This document shows positions 30,045 to 40,416 of a stretch of DNA of 64,000 nt, one piece after another. The stretch's first letter is position 1; each line of letters opens with the position of its first letter. The notes beneath the pieces were generated by a model that saw nothing but the letters and a program-made list of their open reading frames with translations, was not told where the DNA came from and did not search any database. Source of the DNA: Candidatus Obscuribacterales bacterium (GTDB lineage Bacteria > Cyanobacteriota > Vampirovibrionia > Obscuribacterales > Obscuribacteraceae); NCBI GenBank assembly GCA_965228855.1, contig CBDDIJ010000003.1:192001-256000 (forward strand), in the 5' to 3' direction. The position numbers and the translations under genes were made by a program.

Positions 30045-32186
30045 ATGACGTCCGACTTCGAAGTCCCTGAGCAACTGAAGTCCCGGTACAGGGACTTCAA
30101 GCTGATTGGCTCCGGTGCAATGGGGCGGGTCTTTAAGGCGACGGACAGCATTTTGCTAATAGACGTTGCAATCAAAGTTTTGTTGTCAACCAGGCATGTG
30201 CGCTCGGAGTCTGCTGTGCGATTCCAACAGGAAGCTAAGGCGGTAAGTAAGCTTCAGCACAAAAATATTTTGACTGTGATGGATTTTGGTATCACCGATC
30301 AGGGCGAACCATATCTGGTGATGGAATTTGTCGATGGAAAACCGCTGTCGACGATTTTGGAAGAGCGAAAGTGTTTGACTCTTGCAGAAGCGCTTAATAT
30401 TACAAGTCAAATGTGTGATGGAATGGAGCATGCGCACAAGGTGGGCGTCATTCATCGCGATCTGAAACCGGCTAACATAATCGTGCTTGGAGACGACTAT
30501 AGCACCGCCTCAATTCGCATTCTTGATTTTGGAATTGCGAAGGTTGAAACAGTTGAAAACGATCCGAACAGCGTAACTCCGGAAGGAGGTTTCCTCGGCA
30601 GTCCACAGTATATGAGCCCGGAGCAGATGTCTGCTGAAACGGTAGACCGAGGCAGTGATGTTTATTCGACGGGTTGTATTTTGTTTTACATGCTGAGCGG
30701 TGAGCATCCGTTTGAAAGTGAATCGTTGCTTGCACTAATGCAAGCAAAGCGCACTCAACCAGCACCTCTTATTAATGAGAGAGGAATGCATGATGCTGTG
30801 CCTGCCGCTGTGGAAGCCGTCATTGCTCGCAGTTTGGAGCGCGATAGAAGTAAACGTTTCTCCACGATGATTCAGTTTAAGGACGCCCTCCTCGAGGCGG
30901 CCCACTTTAGGGAGTCAAGTTCTGATCCTGGCGCGCGAGCGAAGTTTCCACTCAAGACCTGTGCCATTGTCGCGTCTGTAGCGACGTTTATCGCGATCTT
31001 TGCTGCTGTGGTGTTTCGGCCCGCGGAGGCGCCGCGCGAAGAGAATGTTTTGCCGGTAACTCGACCACAAATCGTTTTCAGAGATAACGAGTTGAAACAA
31101 ACATCGCGCGTCTCTGACTTCTTTGACTTGAAATACGGAGGAACTGTCTGGGAAGCTAAGGAAAAGATCGATGATAGTGCGCTTGCGCAGCTCGTTTCGC
31201 TTCCCATCGAAGAGCTAAGGCTTGGATCTCAAGATAGAATTACAGCCAAGGGCTGCGAATATATAGCCCGGATGCCGAAGCTGAAAGTTCTACTTATGAA
31301 CGAAGCCAGTTTGAACGATGACGGACTGCGCGCCCTCGCCAAAGTGAAGAATCTGGAGAGGCTGCAAATCGACGGGACCGGTGTCACTGACGCGGGAATC
31401 GCTGCTCTGGCCTATACTAACATCGACGATTTGAGCATGGATCGTGTCAGTTTAACCGATGAGGGATTGAAATCGATTGGTCAGCTGAAGAATCTCCGTC
31501 GGCTTCTAGTGAGTGGAACCAACATCACCAATTCCGGTCTGAAGTATATTAAGAATTTACCGATCAAGAAGTTGCACATAGAGGCTTGTGGTATCACGGA
31601 TGAAGGCATGCGTAACATGCCCGGCATCGATGTGATTGATCCAACAACAAAGCGCAGGCAGTCCACCCTCCAGCGAGTCTATCTTGGACAATGTGGTGTC
31701 ACTCTTGATGGACTTAAGGCGATCAAAAGCGCTCCTCTCGAGAATCTGCTCTTAAGTGGTTCAAGCGGTATCACTGATGATTGCATCGACTTCATTGCGA
31801 AGACATGGCCGAAGATGACCCTTCTCATCATCAATGATACGGGTGCCACCAAAAGTAGTATTAAGAGCATAAGCTCAATGAAGTATCTGGAAGAACTCGG
31901 AGTCGCTTCTTTGGGTCTTTCCGATGAGGACGTTCTGCCGCTGCTCAAGCTGCCCAAGATGAGAATTTTGAACATAAGCGCCAATGAGATCACGGACCTT
32001 ACTCTCCAGCGGTTGCAGCTTTGTCCTACGTTGTCCAAACTTGACCTAACGCAGTGTGATGAAATTTCCGCTCCCGTGTTGAAGAAAGCGCAACGTGACT
32101 CGAAGGTGCGCATCACCTGTCCTATTCAAACTATGGAATCGCAAGGTTCGCTGAAGGACATTACCGAATTTATGGATAAACAATAG
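30045..32186 (+). CDS. Ser/Thr kinase - TM helix - leucine-rich repeats (receptor-like kinase)
   Basis: IGSGAMG, VAIK, HRDLKPAN, DFG; TM CAIVASVATFIAIFAAVVF; LxxLxLxxTxITDxGL repeats. Confidence 0.92.
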   Translation: MTSDFEVPEQLKSRYRDFKLIGSGAMGRVFKATDSILLIDVAIKVLLSTRHVRSESAVRFQQEAKAVSKLQHKNILTVMDFGITDQGEPYLVMEFVDGKPLSTILEERKCLTLAEALNITSQMCDGMEHAHKVGVIHRDLKPANIIVLGDDYSTASIRILDFGIAKVETVENDPNSVTPEGGFLGSPQYMSPEQMSAETVDRGSDVYSTGCILFYMLSGEHPFESESLLALMQAKRTQPAPLINERGMHDAVPAAVEAVIARSLERDRSKRFSTMIQFKDALLEAAHFRESSSDPGARAKFPLKTCAIVASVATFIAIFAAVVFRPAEAPREENVLPVTRPQIVFRDNELKQTSRVSDFFDLKYGGTVWEAKEKIDDSALAQLVSLPIEELRLGSQDRITAKGCEYIARMPKLKVLLMNEASLNDDGLRALAKVKNLERLQIDGTGVTDAGIAALAYTNIDDLSMDRVSLTDEGLKSIGQLKNLRRLLVSGTNITNSGLKYIKNLPIKKLHIEACGITDEGMRNMPGIDVIDPTTKRRQSTLQRVYLGQCGVTLDGLKAIKSAPLENLLLSGSSGITDDCIDFIAKTWPKMTLLIINDTGATKSSIKSISSMKYLEELGVASLGLSDEDVLPLLKLPKMRILNISANEITDLTLQRLQLCPTLSKLDLTQCDEISAPVLKKAQRDSKVRITCPIQTMESQGSLKDITEFMDKQ

Positions 32187-32231
32187 CGGCTGTGTCCACC
32201 AGGTTAGTTACATGGTAGGTCAGGAGCGACG

Positions 32232-33515
32232 CTATTCTGGTGTGTGGAGCAATAACGTTAGAAACGCCGCCGCGAACATGGCGACGAATGAGAAACTAAC
32301 TTTGAGTCCAAACCTTTGTGTGCCCGATGTGAAAGCTGTTGCGGTTTTAAATATAGCGTTCATCAACGTGGCTAATAGCATCGACGTAATTGCAAGACGA
32401 TCGTCAACTTTCCCCCAGTGAAACAGATCGGCAACAGTAACTGCGATGGCGTCTACATCCATCATGCCGCCGATACAACTGGTCCATATCAAGCTGTGCG
32501 TGCCGAATACAACGGTTGCTGCTTTGGTCAGAAAAATAATTACGGCCAACACCGCCCCGAATTTTAGCGCAGGCCCGAGCGTGAATGGGTTTCCTAATTC
32601 GATTCTACCGGTGGAATCAAACTTCTTCTCCGATTTTGGTGGGCGAATCAATGCGGCGATTGCAAAACCGGTTCCTCCTGCTGCGATTAGCGGCCACGCC
32701 GCCACCACAGCTAGTTTCGGTGCCACCACTGATAGAAATGCGAGAATTCTTGGAAATTGGACAGCGTTTGCCAGCACGGTAGCTTGCCAGTAAGCCGTTT
32801 CTTGAGATGGATCGTCTTTTACGTCTCGCGAGAACGCCTGTGTGGTCGCGGTAGTTGATGCCAGACCGCCGAGAATTGCAGTCAGTTTTATTCCAATCGA
32901 CTGTCCGAGAAATTTTTCGAAGAAGTAGCCGACGAATGATACGGAAGAAACCAGAATTACGAACATCCAGATTCTTTGAAAATTGAACGCATCGAACGGA
33001 CCCATATCTCCAGCGGGGAGCAATGGATAAATGATAAAAATCAGCGCGAGAAATCGCAGCGTGTCGCTGAATTCTACAGTTGTGATAGTCTCTCTGAAGA
33101 AGTGTTGTAGCTTGTCCTTTGCCTCCAGAAAGAGGGTCAGAATAATCGACAAGCCGATTGCGGTTGTTTGTCCGTGCTCGAAGTCGTCAGATGAGCCCGC
33201 GAATGATAAACAGAAAACGGCTAGAATCGCCAGATCCGTTGTGAAACCGGAGCCTTCCAGATTCTTTTCGCGGAAGCGAAACGTTGTCAGATAAACAAGA
33301 ATTGATACTACCGCTGATGCCGTCAGATAATTGTTTTCGAGCATGCCGCAAAGCGAGCCGATTATCGCAATAGTGACGAACTCGCGAACTCCTATGTGTC
33401 CCGACGGTTTTACAGCTTCACGCTGTGCGCCAACGAGAATTCCGATTAGGAGCGCCTCGATGATCGGTATCCAATGTAAGTGTACTGGGGGCATAGAGAA
33501 AACTATACCCCGCAC
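32232..33515 (-). CDS. MgtC/SapB + DUF4010 membrane protein
   Basis: GILVGAQRE, GVREF, GGLASTTATT, LGNPFTLGPALKFG, GMMDVDAI. Confidence 0.85.
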   Translation of the reverse strand: MRGIVFSMPPVHLHWIPIIEALLIGILVGAQREAVKPSGHIGVREFVTIAIIGSLCGMLENNYLTASAVVSILVYLTTFRFREKNLEGSGFTTDLAILAVFCLSFAGSSDDFEHGQTTAIGLSIILTLFLEAKDKLQHFFRETITTVEFSDTLRFLALIFIIYPLLPAGDMGPFDAFNFQRIWMFVILVSSVSFVGYFFEKFLGQSIGIKLTAILGGLASTTATTQAFSRDVKDDPSQETAYWQATVLANAVQFPRILAFLSVVAPKLAVVAAWPLIAAGGTGFAIAALIRPPKSEKKFDSTGRIELGNPFTLGPALKFGAVLAVIIFLTKAATVVFGTHSLIWTSCIGGMMDVDAIAVTVADLFHWGKVDDRLAITSMLLATLMNAIFKTATAFTSGTQRFGLKVSFSFVAMFAAAFLTLLLHTPE

Positions 33516-33562
33516 CAGTACATGGGAAACTGAGCGAGGTCGTCGTTGTGAGCAGCTTAGAT

Positions 33563-34450
33563 CTACTTCTTTGACTGCGAGCGGTTCTTCGCAGCCTTTT
33601 GCAAAATCAAAAGGCGTTGAACATATGCGTCCGTCGCTTTATCAGCATCATCATCGAGTGATAAACCGCGCGCGAGTTCTTCCAGATCTGCAGTCTTCGG
33701 AGTTACCTTGAACGGTCGCCCAACTACCGCATATGCTCCGTAGTTTTGTGTTCCGAAGTGATTGCGAAAGTACCTAAAACCGAGGCTCTGAATGAGCGAT
33801 TGAAAAATGGTTGACTGCGATTTGTCTTTCCGATAGTGCATGCCGATGGGAACGATCCAGATTGGTTCCTTGCGCTTCCGCGCAGCTAACTTCGCGATTG
33901 CCATTGTTCCTGACTTGAAGTCTTCTCTTCGTACTTCCTGGTCCGGCACCAACTGTCCCTGAGGGAAAATGACCATGCAGACGTTAGGACCACCGTTAGT
34001 CAACGCGGAAATCGCGGCTTTGAACGCTTTCGATCTGCCTTCCTGTGATTCCTCGTCGACTGCGATTGCGCCAGTGAGCGTGCCAAGCCAGCCACGCACG
34101 CCCTCGACTTCTGTAGTGCGAATCATGTAGTACATAGGTTTGACGCCCAGGAGAGCCGAAACGATCGATCCATCACCGGCATCGATGTGAAAAGGCGCAA
34201 TGATCGTAGGTCCCTTCCGCGGAAGTCTGTGTTTTCCGAGAATTTTGATTGGTCCCACTTCCAAAAAGCCAAGGATGATGCAGAGGAAACGCATGAAGAG
34301 CGCTGTCAAAAAATATGGTGCCGGAGGCACGTAGCCACCTTGTTGTACCTTCACCACATGCGGTGCCCAGTATTCGAAGCGCGACTTGATGAGCTGAACG
34401 GAAACCAAAATTAAGAACGCTAGCAGAATTGTCGCTGTAGTCGGATTCAC
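33563..34450 (-). CDS. Lysophospholipid acyltransferase (PlsC family)
   Basis: HxxxxD motif (HIDAGD), IFPQG, FKSGT, IVPIG. Confidence 0.8.
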   Translation of the reverse strand: MNPTTATILLAFLILVSVQLIKSRFEYWAPHVVKVQQGGYVPPAPYFLTALFMRFLCIILGFLEVGPIKILGKHRLPRKGPTIIAPFHIDAGDGSIVSALLGVKPMYYMIRTTEVEGVRGWLGTLTGAIAVDEESQEGRSKAFKAAISALTNGGPNVCMVIFPQGQLVPDQEVRREDFKSGTMAIAKLAARKRKEPIWIVPIGMHYRKDKSQSTIFQSLIQSLGFRYFRNHFGTQNYGAYAVVGRPFKVTPKTADLEELARGLSLDDDADKATDAYVQRLLILQKAAKNRSQSKK

Positions 34451-35178
34451 GGTGTGACCCCTTCAATAACACAGGCTAAAGCGTCATGGTCAAGTGGGTT
34501 CGCAAGTGCTGTCTCGAATTTTCGGAGAAATTCTCTATCGTTTTCCTCTAGCCATTTGAAACTTGCTTTTGAGCCACAATACCACTTTCCCCGCAGCTCG
34601 AAATAATATTCGAGGGCGGAATGAAGTAGCCAGAGCGATCGATACCGACCTTCTAAATCGTTCTTGCGAACTCTGCCAAGGGTTTTCTTCATCCAGACCT
34701 GGCGTTTTTGTTTCTCCCAGTCGGGGAGCCGTGATGGTCCGCGAAGAAACAGTTTTTCTACGTTTTCTAAGCAGCGCTCGCCTAGATCTTCTTTCTGAAT
34801 CAAGATTCTGGAGTTTCGCAAGCGCAACAGCGATTCGTCCGGTTGTAACGCCAGGGAAACCGGATAAATCCAGGCGTCGAGCAGAGCACCGCCTGTCTTG
34901 TCAGTGACTGAAACTTCTGGAGCGCGGCTTGTCTTGTCGGTGATAGAGACTTCGCCGGCGCTATTGATTTCATTCGCGGTTAGAACTACGCAGTCGCAAA
35001 TCGCCGTTTCCTCATCACGAAAACCGCAGATATCGAAGTCGCTGTTAGGTTCAAAGTTGTCTGTAGCACGCGAGCCGTACAAAAAGACGGTGTGGCATCC
35101 GTGTTTTTCAACCATGCGCTTCACAATCGCGTTCAACAGTCTCTTAGTGTGGCTCTCGTTTGTAACCACTTGATTCAC
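34447..35178 (-). CDS. Nucleotidyltransferase domain protein (Pol-beta-like) with helical C-terminus
   Basis: LYGSRA..NSDFD motif; GTG start overlapping the panE stop is assumed (ORF track extends to 35292). Confidence 0.78.
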   Translation of the reverse strand: MNQVVTNESHTKRLLNAIVKRMVEKHGCHTVFLYGSRATDNFEPNSDFDICGFRDEETAICDCVVLTANEINSAGEVSITDKTSRAPEVSVTDKTGGALLDAWIYPVSLALQPDESLLRLRNSRILIQKEDLGERCLENVEKLFLRGPSRLPDWEKQKRQVWMKKTLGRVRKNDLEGRYRSLWLLHSALEYYFELRGKWYCGSKASFKWLEENDREFLRKFETALANPLDHDALACVIEGVTP

Positions 35179-36110
35179 CGCCCGTTTTTGGCACCGTCGA
35201 TAAATGGCATCAGCAGATCTACGAGAACGCGATTTACCGGCGTCGGTACGTTGAGCTCTCTTCCAAGGTCGACAACCGTACCACTCAACCATGGCAACTC
35301 AAGCCTGTTTCCGTGTTGCAAGTCATGTTGCATGGAAGAGGTGACGTCTGGTGATAACCCGTCCCAATATGCGAGGCGCCTGTCTATAAGACCGTCGTCG
35401 AGGACGATGCCTCGCGCCTTCGCCACGGCGATTGCTTCAGTCATCACGTCCACTAGCAGACGTCGGGTGCTTTCATGAGAACGAACCGGTCCGATGGTTT
35501 GCCTGGTTGCCGCAGTGACTGCGCTCATTGCCACCAGAAACACAAACTTTTCCCAGATTGCCTTCTCGATATTATCTGGAATTTCGGCATCGACGCCACC
35601 CCTGATGCAAGCGTCTTGCAGTTCTTTTAAGCGGGGAGACTCGGGTTTGCTACCATATTCTCCAAATACCAGCTTTTGCACTACACCTTTCTGTGTCACC
35701 ACGCCCGGTGCCGATATGGTGGCTGCAACATAGCTTACGCCGCCAACAACCTTCTCATTTCCAAAATGTTTGCGAAGCACATCATCTTTGAGGATTCCGT
35801 TTTGCAAGGAAATGATCGCGGTCGATTCGCCTACTAGTGGCTCAATTTGCTTTGCCGCCGATTCGGTGTCCCAGAGTTTTACACAGAACAAAACAATATC
35901 TACAGGACCGATCTCTTTGGGGTCATCGCTGGCCTTACAAGGTTGAATTAGACTGTCTTTGACTTCTTCGCTGACGATCTTCAAACCGTTTTGTCGTATG
36001 GCGGCTAGATGCGCGCCTCTTGCAATGAAGCTCACGTCGCAACCGGCGTCAGCCAGCCGGGCACCGAATACGCCACCAACGCCACCTGTACCCATCACCG
36101 CAATCTTCAT
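35175..36110 (-). CDS. panE: 2-dehydropantoate 2-reductase
   Basis: MKIAVMGTGGVGG, CVKLWD, SLQNG, WEKF, SSMQHDL..G.RLE. Confidence 0.92.
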   Translation of the reverse strand: MKIAVMGTGGVGGVFGARLADAGCDVSFIARGAHLAAIRQNGLKIVSEEVKDSLIQPCKASDDPKEIGPVDIVLFCVKLWDTESAAKQIEPLVGESTAIISLQNGILKDDVLRKHFGNEKVVGGVSYVAATISAPGVVTQKGVVQKLVFGEYGSKPESPRLKELQDACIRGGVDAEIPDNIEKAIWEKFVFLVAMSAVTAATRQTIGPVRSHESTRRLLVDVMTEAIAVAKARGIVLDDGLIDRRLAYWDGLSPDVTSSMQHDLQHGNRLELPWLSGTVVDLGRELNVPTPVNRVLVDLLMPFIDGAKNGR

Positions 36111-36120
36111 AGTTGCTCCG

Positions 36121-37185
36121 TTAATTGAAATCGATAAAGCCTTTGACTTTGAGCCAAGCCAGCAGTCCGAACGAAACTCCGAACATCGACGTTAAGCAGG
36201 CGTAGTATCCGAGAGGAAGAGTTACTTCTGGAATCTGGAAGTTCATCCCGTAGATACCGGCTATGAGTGTTGGTGGCAAAAATAATGTTGCGATGATCGT
36301 CAGGATTTTTGTGGTTTCGTTCGTTCGCAAACCGATTCCGGAAACATACACATCCATGATGTCGTAAGACATATCTCGATAGGTCTCAAACAGCCGCAAT
36401 ACTGATGACGCTTCATCATGGCAGTAGGACATTTCGAGCTTTCCTTCGTCCGAGATACTCGGATTTTTGCAGCGCGAGAGTACGTGCGTGATTGTATCGA
36501 TCGGCCATACGGCCTTCAGGAAAATCCATACCATCTGTTGTGCGCGGTTAATTAGATCGAGTTCCACCTTCCCAGGTGATTTGATAATTCGCGTTTGCAG
36601 CTTTTCAAGCTTGGCACCGCCAATGGTGAGGACGTCGTAGTAGCTTCGAATTATGCTGGCCAGCAAATCGGCTGCAAGTCGATCCGCTCCAAAACCAACT
36701 ATCCGGTCTCCCTGAGCGAAAAGATTGTGAACCACATTGCCGAAACAATCGTCGTGACTGAATTGTCGAGTAATCAAAATTCCGGGACCGAGATAGAAGT
36801 TAACCGACTCCAGACCATCAAGCTGATCCGAGACAAATGGTTTTTGCACCGTCCAGAAGATTGCATCCTGCACCTCTTCAACGAATGACCGCGGGTGAGG
36901 ATTCTTCATGTACTTCATGTGCTCATCGGACATATCGGCAAGTGCAGAGATCTCTTTCCAGAATTCGTCACTATGCAGACCCGATAAGTGGATCCACACG
37001 CAAGTCTCGTCTTTCGTCATCGCCTTCAGCGTTTCAAAATCTTGAAATCCGAATTTGTTTAAACCGAATGAGCCGACGCTGTGAATCTGTACGCGAGGCT
37101 CAACCTGGTCCGGGAGGTTCGCTACCATCTCGAACGAGTCCATGCAGAATGTCATTCTTCCGTGGTTGAAGCTCAGTTGTTGCAT
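36121..37185 (-). CDS. corA: CorA family Mg/Co transporter
   Basis: C-terminal FLPPTLIAGIYGMNF signature and two TM helices. Confidence 0.88.
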   Translation of the reverse strand: MQQLSFNHGRMTFCMDSFEMVANLPDQVEPRVQIHSVGSFGLNKFGFQDFETLKAMTKDETCVWIHLSGLHSDEFWKEISALADMSDEHMKYMKNPHPRSFVEEVQDAIFWTVQKPFVSDQLDGLESVNFYLGPGILITRQFSHDDCFGNVVHNLFAQGDRIVGFGADRLAADLLASIIRSYYDVLTIGGAKLEKLQTRIIKSPGKVELDLINRAQQMVWIFLKAVWPIDTITHVLSRCKNPSISDEGKLEMSYCHDEASSVLRLFETYRDMSYDIMDVYVSGIGLRTNETTKILTIIATLFLPPTLIAGIYGMNFQIPEVTLPLGYYACLTSMFGVSFGLLAWLKVKGFIDFN

Positions 37186-37254
37186 CAGGCGACTCCCATT
37201 GTTTATTCAGAAATGATGATAGCAAGCCGGACGCGACTGTCCCAGTATAAATGT

Positions 37255-38640
37255 TTAAGGCGTTTTAACCAGCACAGAATCTGTTGTGTTGCCAATCTCC
37301 ACGTCCGGCAGCTTTTCGAAGTTTCGAAGAATCGAGTAGACAATCAGGGTCGTGACCCAGGCTTGCAGGGATGATACGCCAAATTGCCACTGCTCGTTTA
37401 AAATCCCAGCCGTCACGATTCCGACGGCACCGCCGACGATGAAAGACACGAGCGCTGACCAGCGCACCGCAGGTAGTTCCGAAAATGATGGCACTCTGGA
37501 GAAAAATGGTGCCTTTTTGCTTCTTATTGCTGCAAACCATTCGACGCATGCGATGACCGTCGCGCACGGGAGGACGTTTGATGAGACCGCGCAAACGGTT
37601 TCCAGCGACTTGGGATCTTTTGCCAGCAGAGCCGCTGCCAATGCGCCAAGAGCAGTCAGGAATAGGGTGAGTTTCTTGCGCGAAAACTTCTTCAGGTTCG
37701 CTACGCCGTTGATAGATGCGTATAGATTGGCGTCGTTCAAACCCCAGTATGTGACTACTAGCACAACCGCCGCTAGAATCGCCACGCCTTCCATTCCACC
37801 AAATGCGTAGCGCGTCGCAAGCCCGCTTGCTGCCTCGAAATCCGTGACACCTGTCTCACGGGCGAGCATCCATCCGGTCACCGGAAAGATAATTTGCCCG
37901 ATGGCGACTGACACCACAAGCGGTGCGATTGTGTAGAGCAGTTTAGGTTTCGCATAACGCCAATAATCAGCTTCATTTCCCCAGGCGCAGTTGCCGATAA
38001 TCAGGATTGAAACAATTGATAGCGAGTGTGAGAAGCTGACGGTGTCAGGCACTGAGAAGACTGATGCCGGCGTGGCGGCAGCCGCTTTGAAAAATGTCAG
38101 ACCAATCCATCCAATCAAAACTGGTGCCGCGAGATAACCGGCAAAATTCGCTACGCCCGAGAAACCAAAGAGGTTGTTTACGGACATAACAATGGCGAGA
38201 ATAACTGAGAGCCACGCCGTATCTAGTGGAATTGCGAAGCAGCCTTTTAAGCCGTTGGCGAGTAAAACCGCTGCCAGCCCGTACCACGCGAGCGAGATCC
38301 ATGAGACATTGATCGAGACGAACAGAGAGCCCAGCCTACCGAAAAGCATTCGACTCATGAGCGCGTATGTTTGACCGCTGACGGTGCCGATGTGACAGGC
38401 GGGGATGCAATACGCCATTAAAATCACGAGGCTGATGACGGAGCAGAGAAGAACTTGTGAGAGCGTGAGTCCGTACTGATACCATGCGAAGCCTGCAAGC
38501 ACCGATGGAAATCCTGTAACCATCGTTATCCACAACAGCCCAAGAGTAATCGGCCCGCGGCGCTCCGACAGCGGTACCACCTCTGTTGTGTGGTCGTCCG
38601 TGTTGATTGCGTCGCTGAGTGCGTTGTGGTGTAAATCCAT
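37255..38640 (-). CDS. NCS1 family (cytosine permease CodB-like) transporter
   Basis: VPLSERRG, FGRLGS, ADYWRYAK, NDANLY; multiple TM segments. Confidence 0.8.
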   Translation of the reverse strand: MDLHHNALSDAINTDDHTTEVVPLSERRGPITLGLLWITMVTGFPSVLAGFAWYQYGLTLSQVLLCSVISLVILMAYCIPACHIGTVSGQTYALMSRMLFGRLGSLFVSINVSWISLAWYGLAAVLLANGLKGCFAIPLDTAWLSVILAIVMSVNNLFGFSGVANFAGYLAAPVLIGWIGLTFFKAAAATPASVFSVPDTVSFSHSLSIVSILIIGNCAWGNEADYWRYAKPKLLYTIAPLVVSVAIGQIIFPVTGWMLARETGVTDFEAASGLATRYAFGGMEGVAILAAVVLVVTYWGLNDANLYASINGVANLKKFSRKKLTLFLTALGALAAALLAKDPKSLETVCAVSSNVLPCATVIACVEWFAAIRSKKAPFFSRVPSFSELPAVRWSALVSFIVGGAVGIVTAGILNEQWQFGVSSLQAWVTTLIVYSILRNFEKLPDVEIGNTTDSVLVKTP

Positions 38641-39581
38641 TATTTTGACTCCGCTGCATCTTCCGGTGGGAATTTCCCGGTCTTTCCAGGTTCGACATCG
38701 ATGACTGCCACTTCAGGTGGTGTCAGGAATCGAACCGGCAATCCGGTCATTCCTATTCCGCTTGAAACATTCATATGTGTGGTGCCTACAACGTAGTGAC
38801 CGTATTCAAACTGTTTTCCAAGCGACGATGCCGTCACGAGAGCGCCATATAAAGGAAGGCGAATTTGTCCGCCATGCGTGTGACCGCAGAGAAAGAGATC
38901 CATGTGGTGCGCGGATGCGGCGCGGATACCATCCGGATAGTGGTAAAGGAAAATTTTGTACGCATCATCCGGTGCCTCCGACATGATGTCTGCAAGAAAA
39001 CCTTCACTGTCGATTGCCGCTCCGCCTAGCCAGATTTTGTTTCCCTTGATATCAAGCTGCGTAGAGGCGCTATCAAGGTTCGTGACTCCGGTGTTCTGAA
39101 AGGTCTCGATTTTTCTTTTGCTACGCGAATCATGGTTGCCATACACGCCGAAAGTTGGAGCGATTTCGGAAATCTCCGACATGCACGCCTGGAAATCCTT
39201 CTGGCCACGCAAGTTGTTTGCCGCGTCGCCGGTAAAGAGAATCAAGTCTGGGTGCAACTCGCGGACAACGCCAGGCAGTTTTTTCTCCGTGCGCACTGTG
39301 CCGTCGCAGTGCAAATCGGTGAGATGAACTATGCGAATTGGCGATTTGAGTTTCGCCGAAGAGATGGTAAGGGGAGTTGTGATTAGTTGAAGGGGCTCGA
39401 AAATACCGTAAATGACGCAGCCGATGCCAAACGCACCAATCAACAAGACCGTCACTTGAAGCGGCGTGGGCTTGAACGACCCGCGCTGTTTCCACATCAA
39501 AACAAGAGTGCGCACAAAGTACAAGAAGACTGTGCACACTACTCCGACGAACGCTAAAACAATGACAGGTTCCGAATCCAA
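38640..39581 (-). CDS. Membrane-anchored metallophosphoesterase (YkuE/YaeI-like)
   Basis: TDLH, FTGD, YGNHD, CGHTHGGQI motifs. Confidence 0.9.
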   Translation of the reverse strand: MDSEPVIVLAFVGVVCTVFLYFVRTLVLMWKQRGSFKPTPLQVTVLLIGAFGIGCVIYGIFEPLQLITTPLTISSAKLKSPIRIVHLTDLHCDGTVRTEKKLPGVVRELHPDLILFTGDAANNLRGQKDFQACMSEISEIAPTFGVYGNHDSRSKRKIETFQNTGVTNLDSASTQLDIKGNKIWLGGAAIDSEGFLADIMSEAPDDAYKIFLYHYPDGIRAASAHHMDLFLCGHTHGGQIRLPLYGALVTASSLGKQFEYGHYVVGTTHMNVSSGIGMTGLPVRFLTPPEVAVIDVEPGKTGKFPPEDAAESK

Positions 39582-39703
39582 AGGAACTCCGCTGATTTCT
39601 CTTCTACTCCCAGATGGAAGTCATATTTTAGCGCGGCTGTTTCGCCGCGGCTGTCTAAACCGTTAGCTAGCTCGCGAATTTTGGACGAACAAAATTCTGG
39701 ACA

Positions 39704-39739
39704 AACAAAAACGCATGGTTGGTTGCCCTTCCATGCGTT
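39704..39739 (-). terminator. Rho-independent terminator of the RNA-binding protein gene
   Basis: Stem AACGCATGG/CCATGCGTT (39710-39739) followed by TTTGTTTG on the minus strand. Confidence 0.65.
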
Positions 39740-39765
39740 CTCTCAAATCTAGCGCTGGCTACAGA

Positions 39766-40050
39766 TTAATATCTGCGACCGCCGCCACCGCCGCCGCCTT
39801 TCGCTTTTGGTTGCGAGATGCTTACAGCAAGTGCACGACCTTCAACTTCTTTACCGTTGAGGCCCTTGATTGCAGCTTCAGCTTCGGCCTGTGTCGACAT
39901 TTCGATAAACGCGAATCCGCGTTTTCTTCCTGTGTCCCGGTCTGTTGGAATCGAGCAGGAAACTACAGTTCCATGCTCCCCGAACAGTTCCTCAAGGTCC
40001 GTTTCATTGAGTTTAAAAGAGAGGTTTCCAACAAACAGTTTGTTATTCAT
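39766..40050 (-). CDS. Single-RRM RNA-binding protein with Gly-rich tail (cyanobacterial Rbp type)
   Basis: RNP2 LFVGNL, RNP1 RGFAFIEM, GGGGGGGRRY tail. Confidence 0.93.
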   Translation of the reverse strand: MNNKLFVGNLSFKLNETDLEELFGEHGTVVSCSIPTDRDTGRKRGFAFIEMSTQAEAEAAIKGLNGKEVEGRALAVSISQPKAKGGGGGGGRRY

Positions 40051-40416
40051 TACCAGTTACCAAAAATAGGACAAATTACTGGGCGATCATCGCACATCGG
40101 AGGGACTTTTGGGTGATTTGGCCGGTGTATTTTTTGACTGTTTTCTAATCTTTCAGGCTTAAAGGTCCGGAAAGTGCCATTTAGTAAGGGTTTTTGACTA
40201 TTTGCCAGACATGAACTGTTTTACACACTTCTCAAAACTTGCACCTCTTGACAGCTTTAGCGAAAGAATACGAACGGTCGGTCTAGTGGCGCGAAAGTTA
40301 AAATGTGCTCGCGCTAATCATTCCTGCCATTAGCGTCCTTTCGATTGAGTATCATATAAACCGCAACTGAGTTCGGCGCTGAAACGCCCTTGATAGCCCA
40401 TTCGGCGGAAAAACAT

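Noticed and set aside
34447..35178. MNT antitoxin for the island HEPN-like gene
   Set aside because: Lies 13 kb away, outside the island, in a housekeeping operon with panE and an acyltransferase
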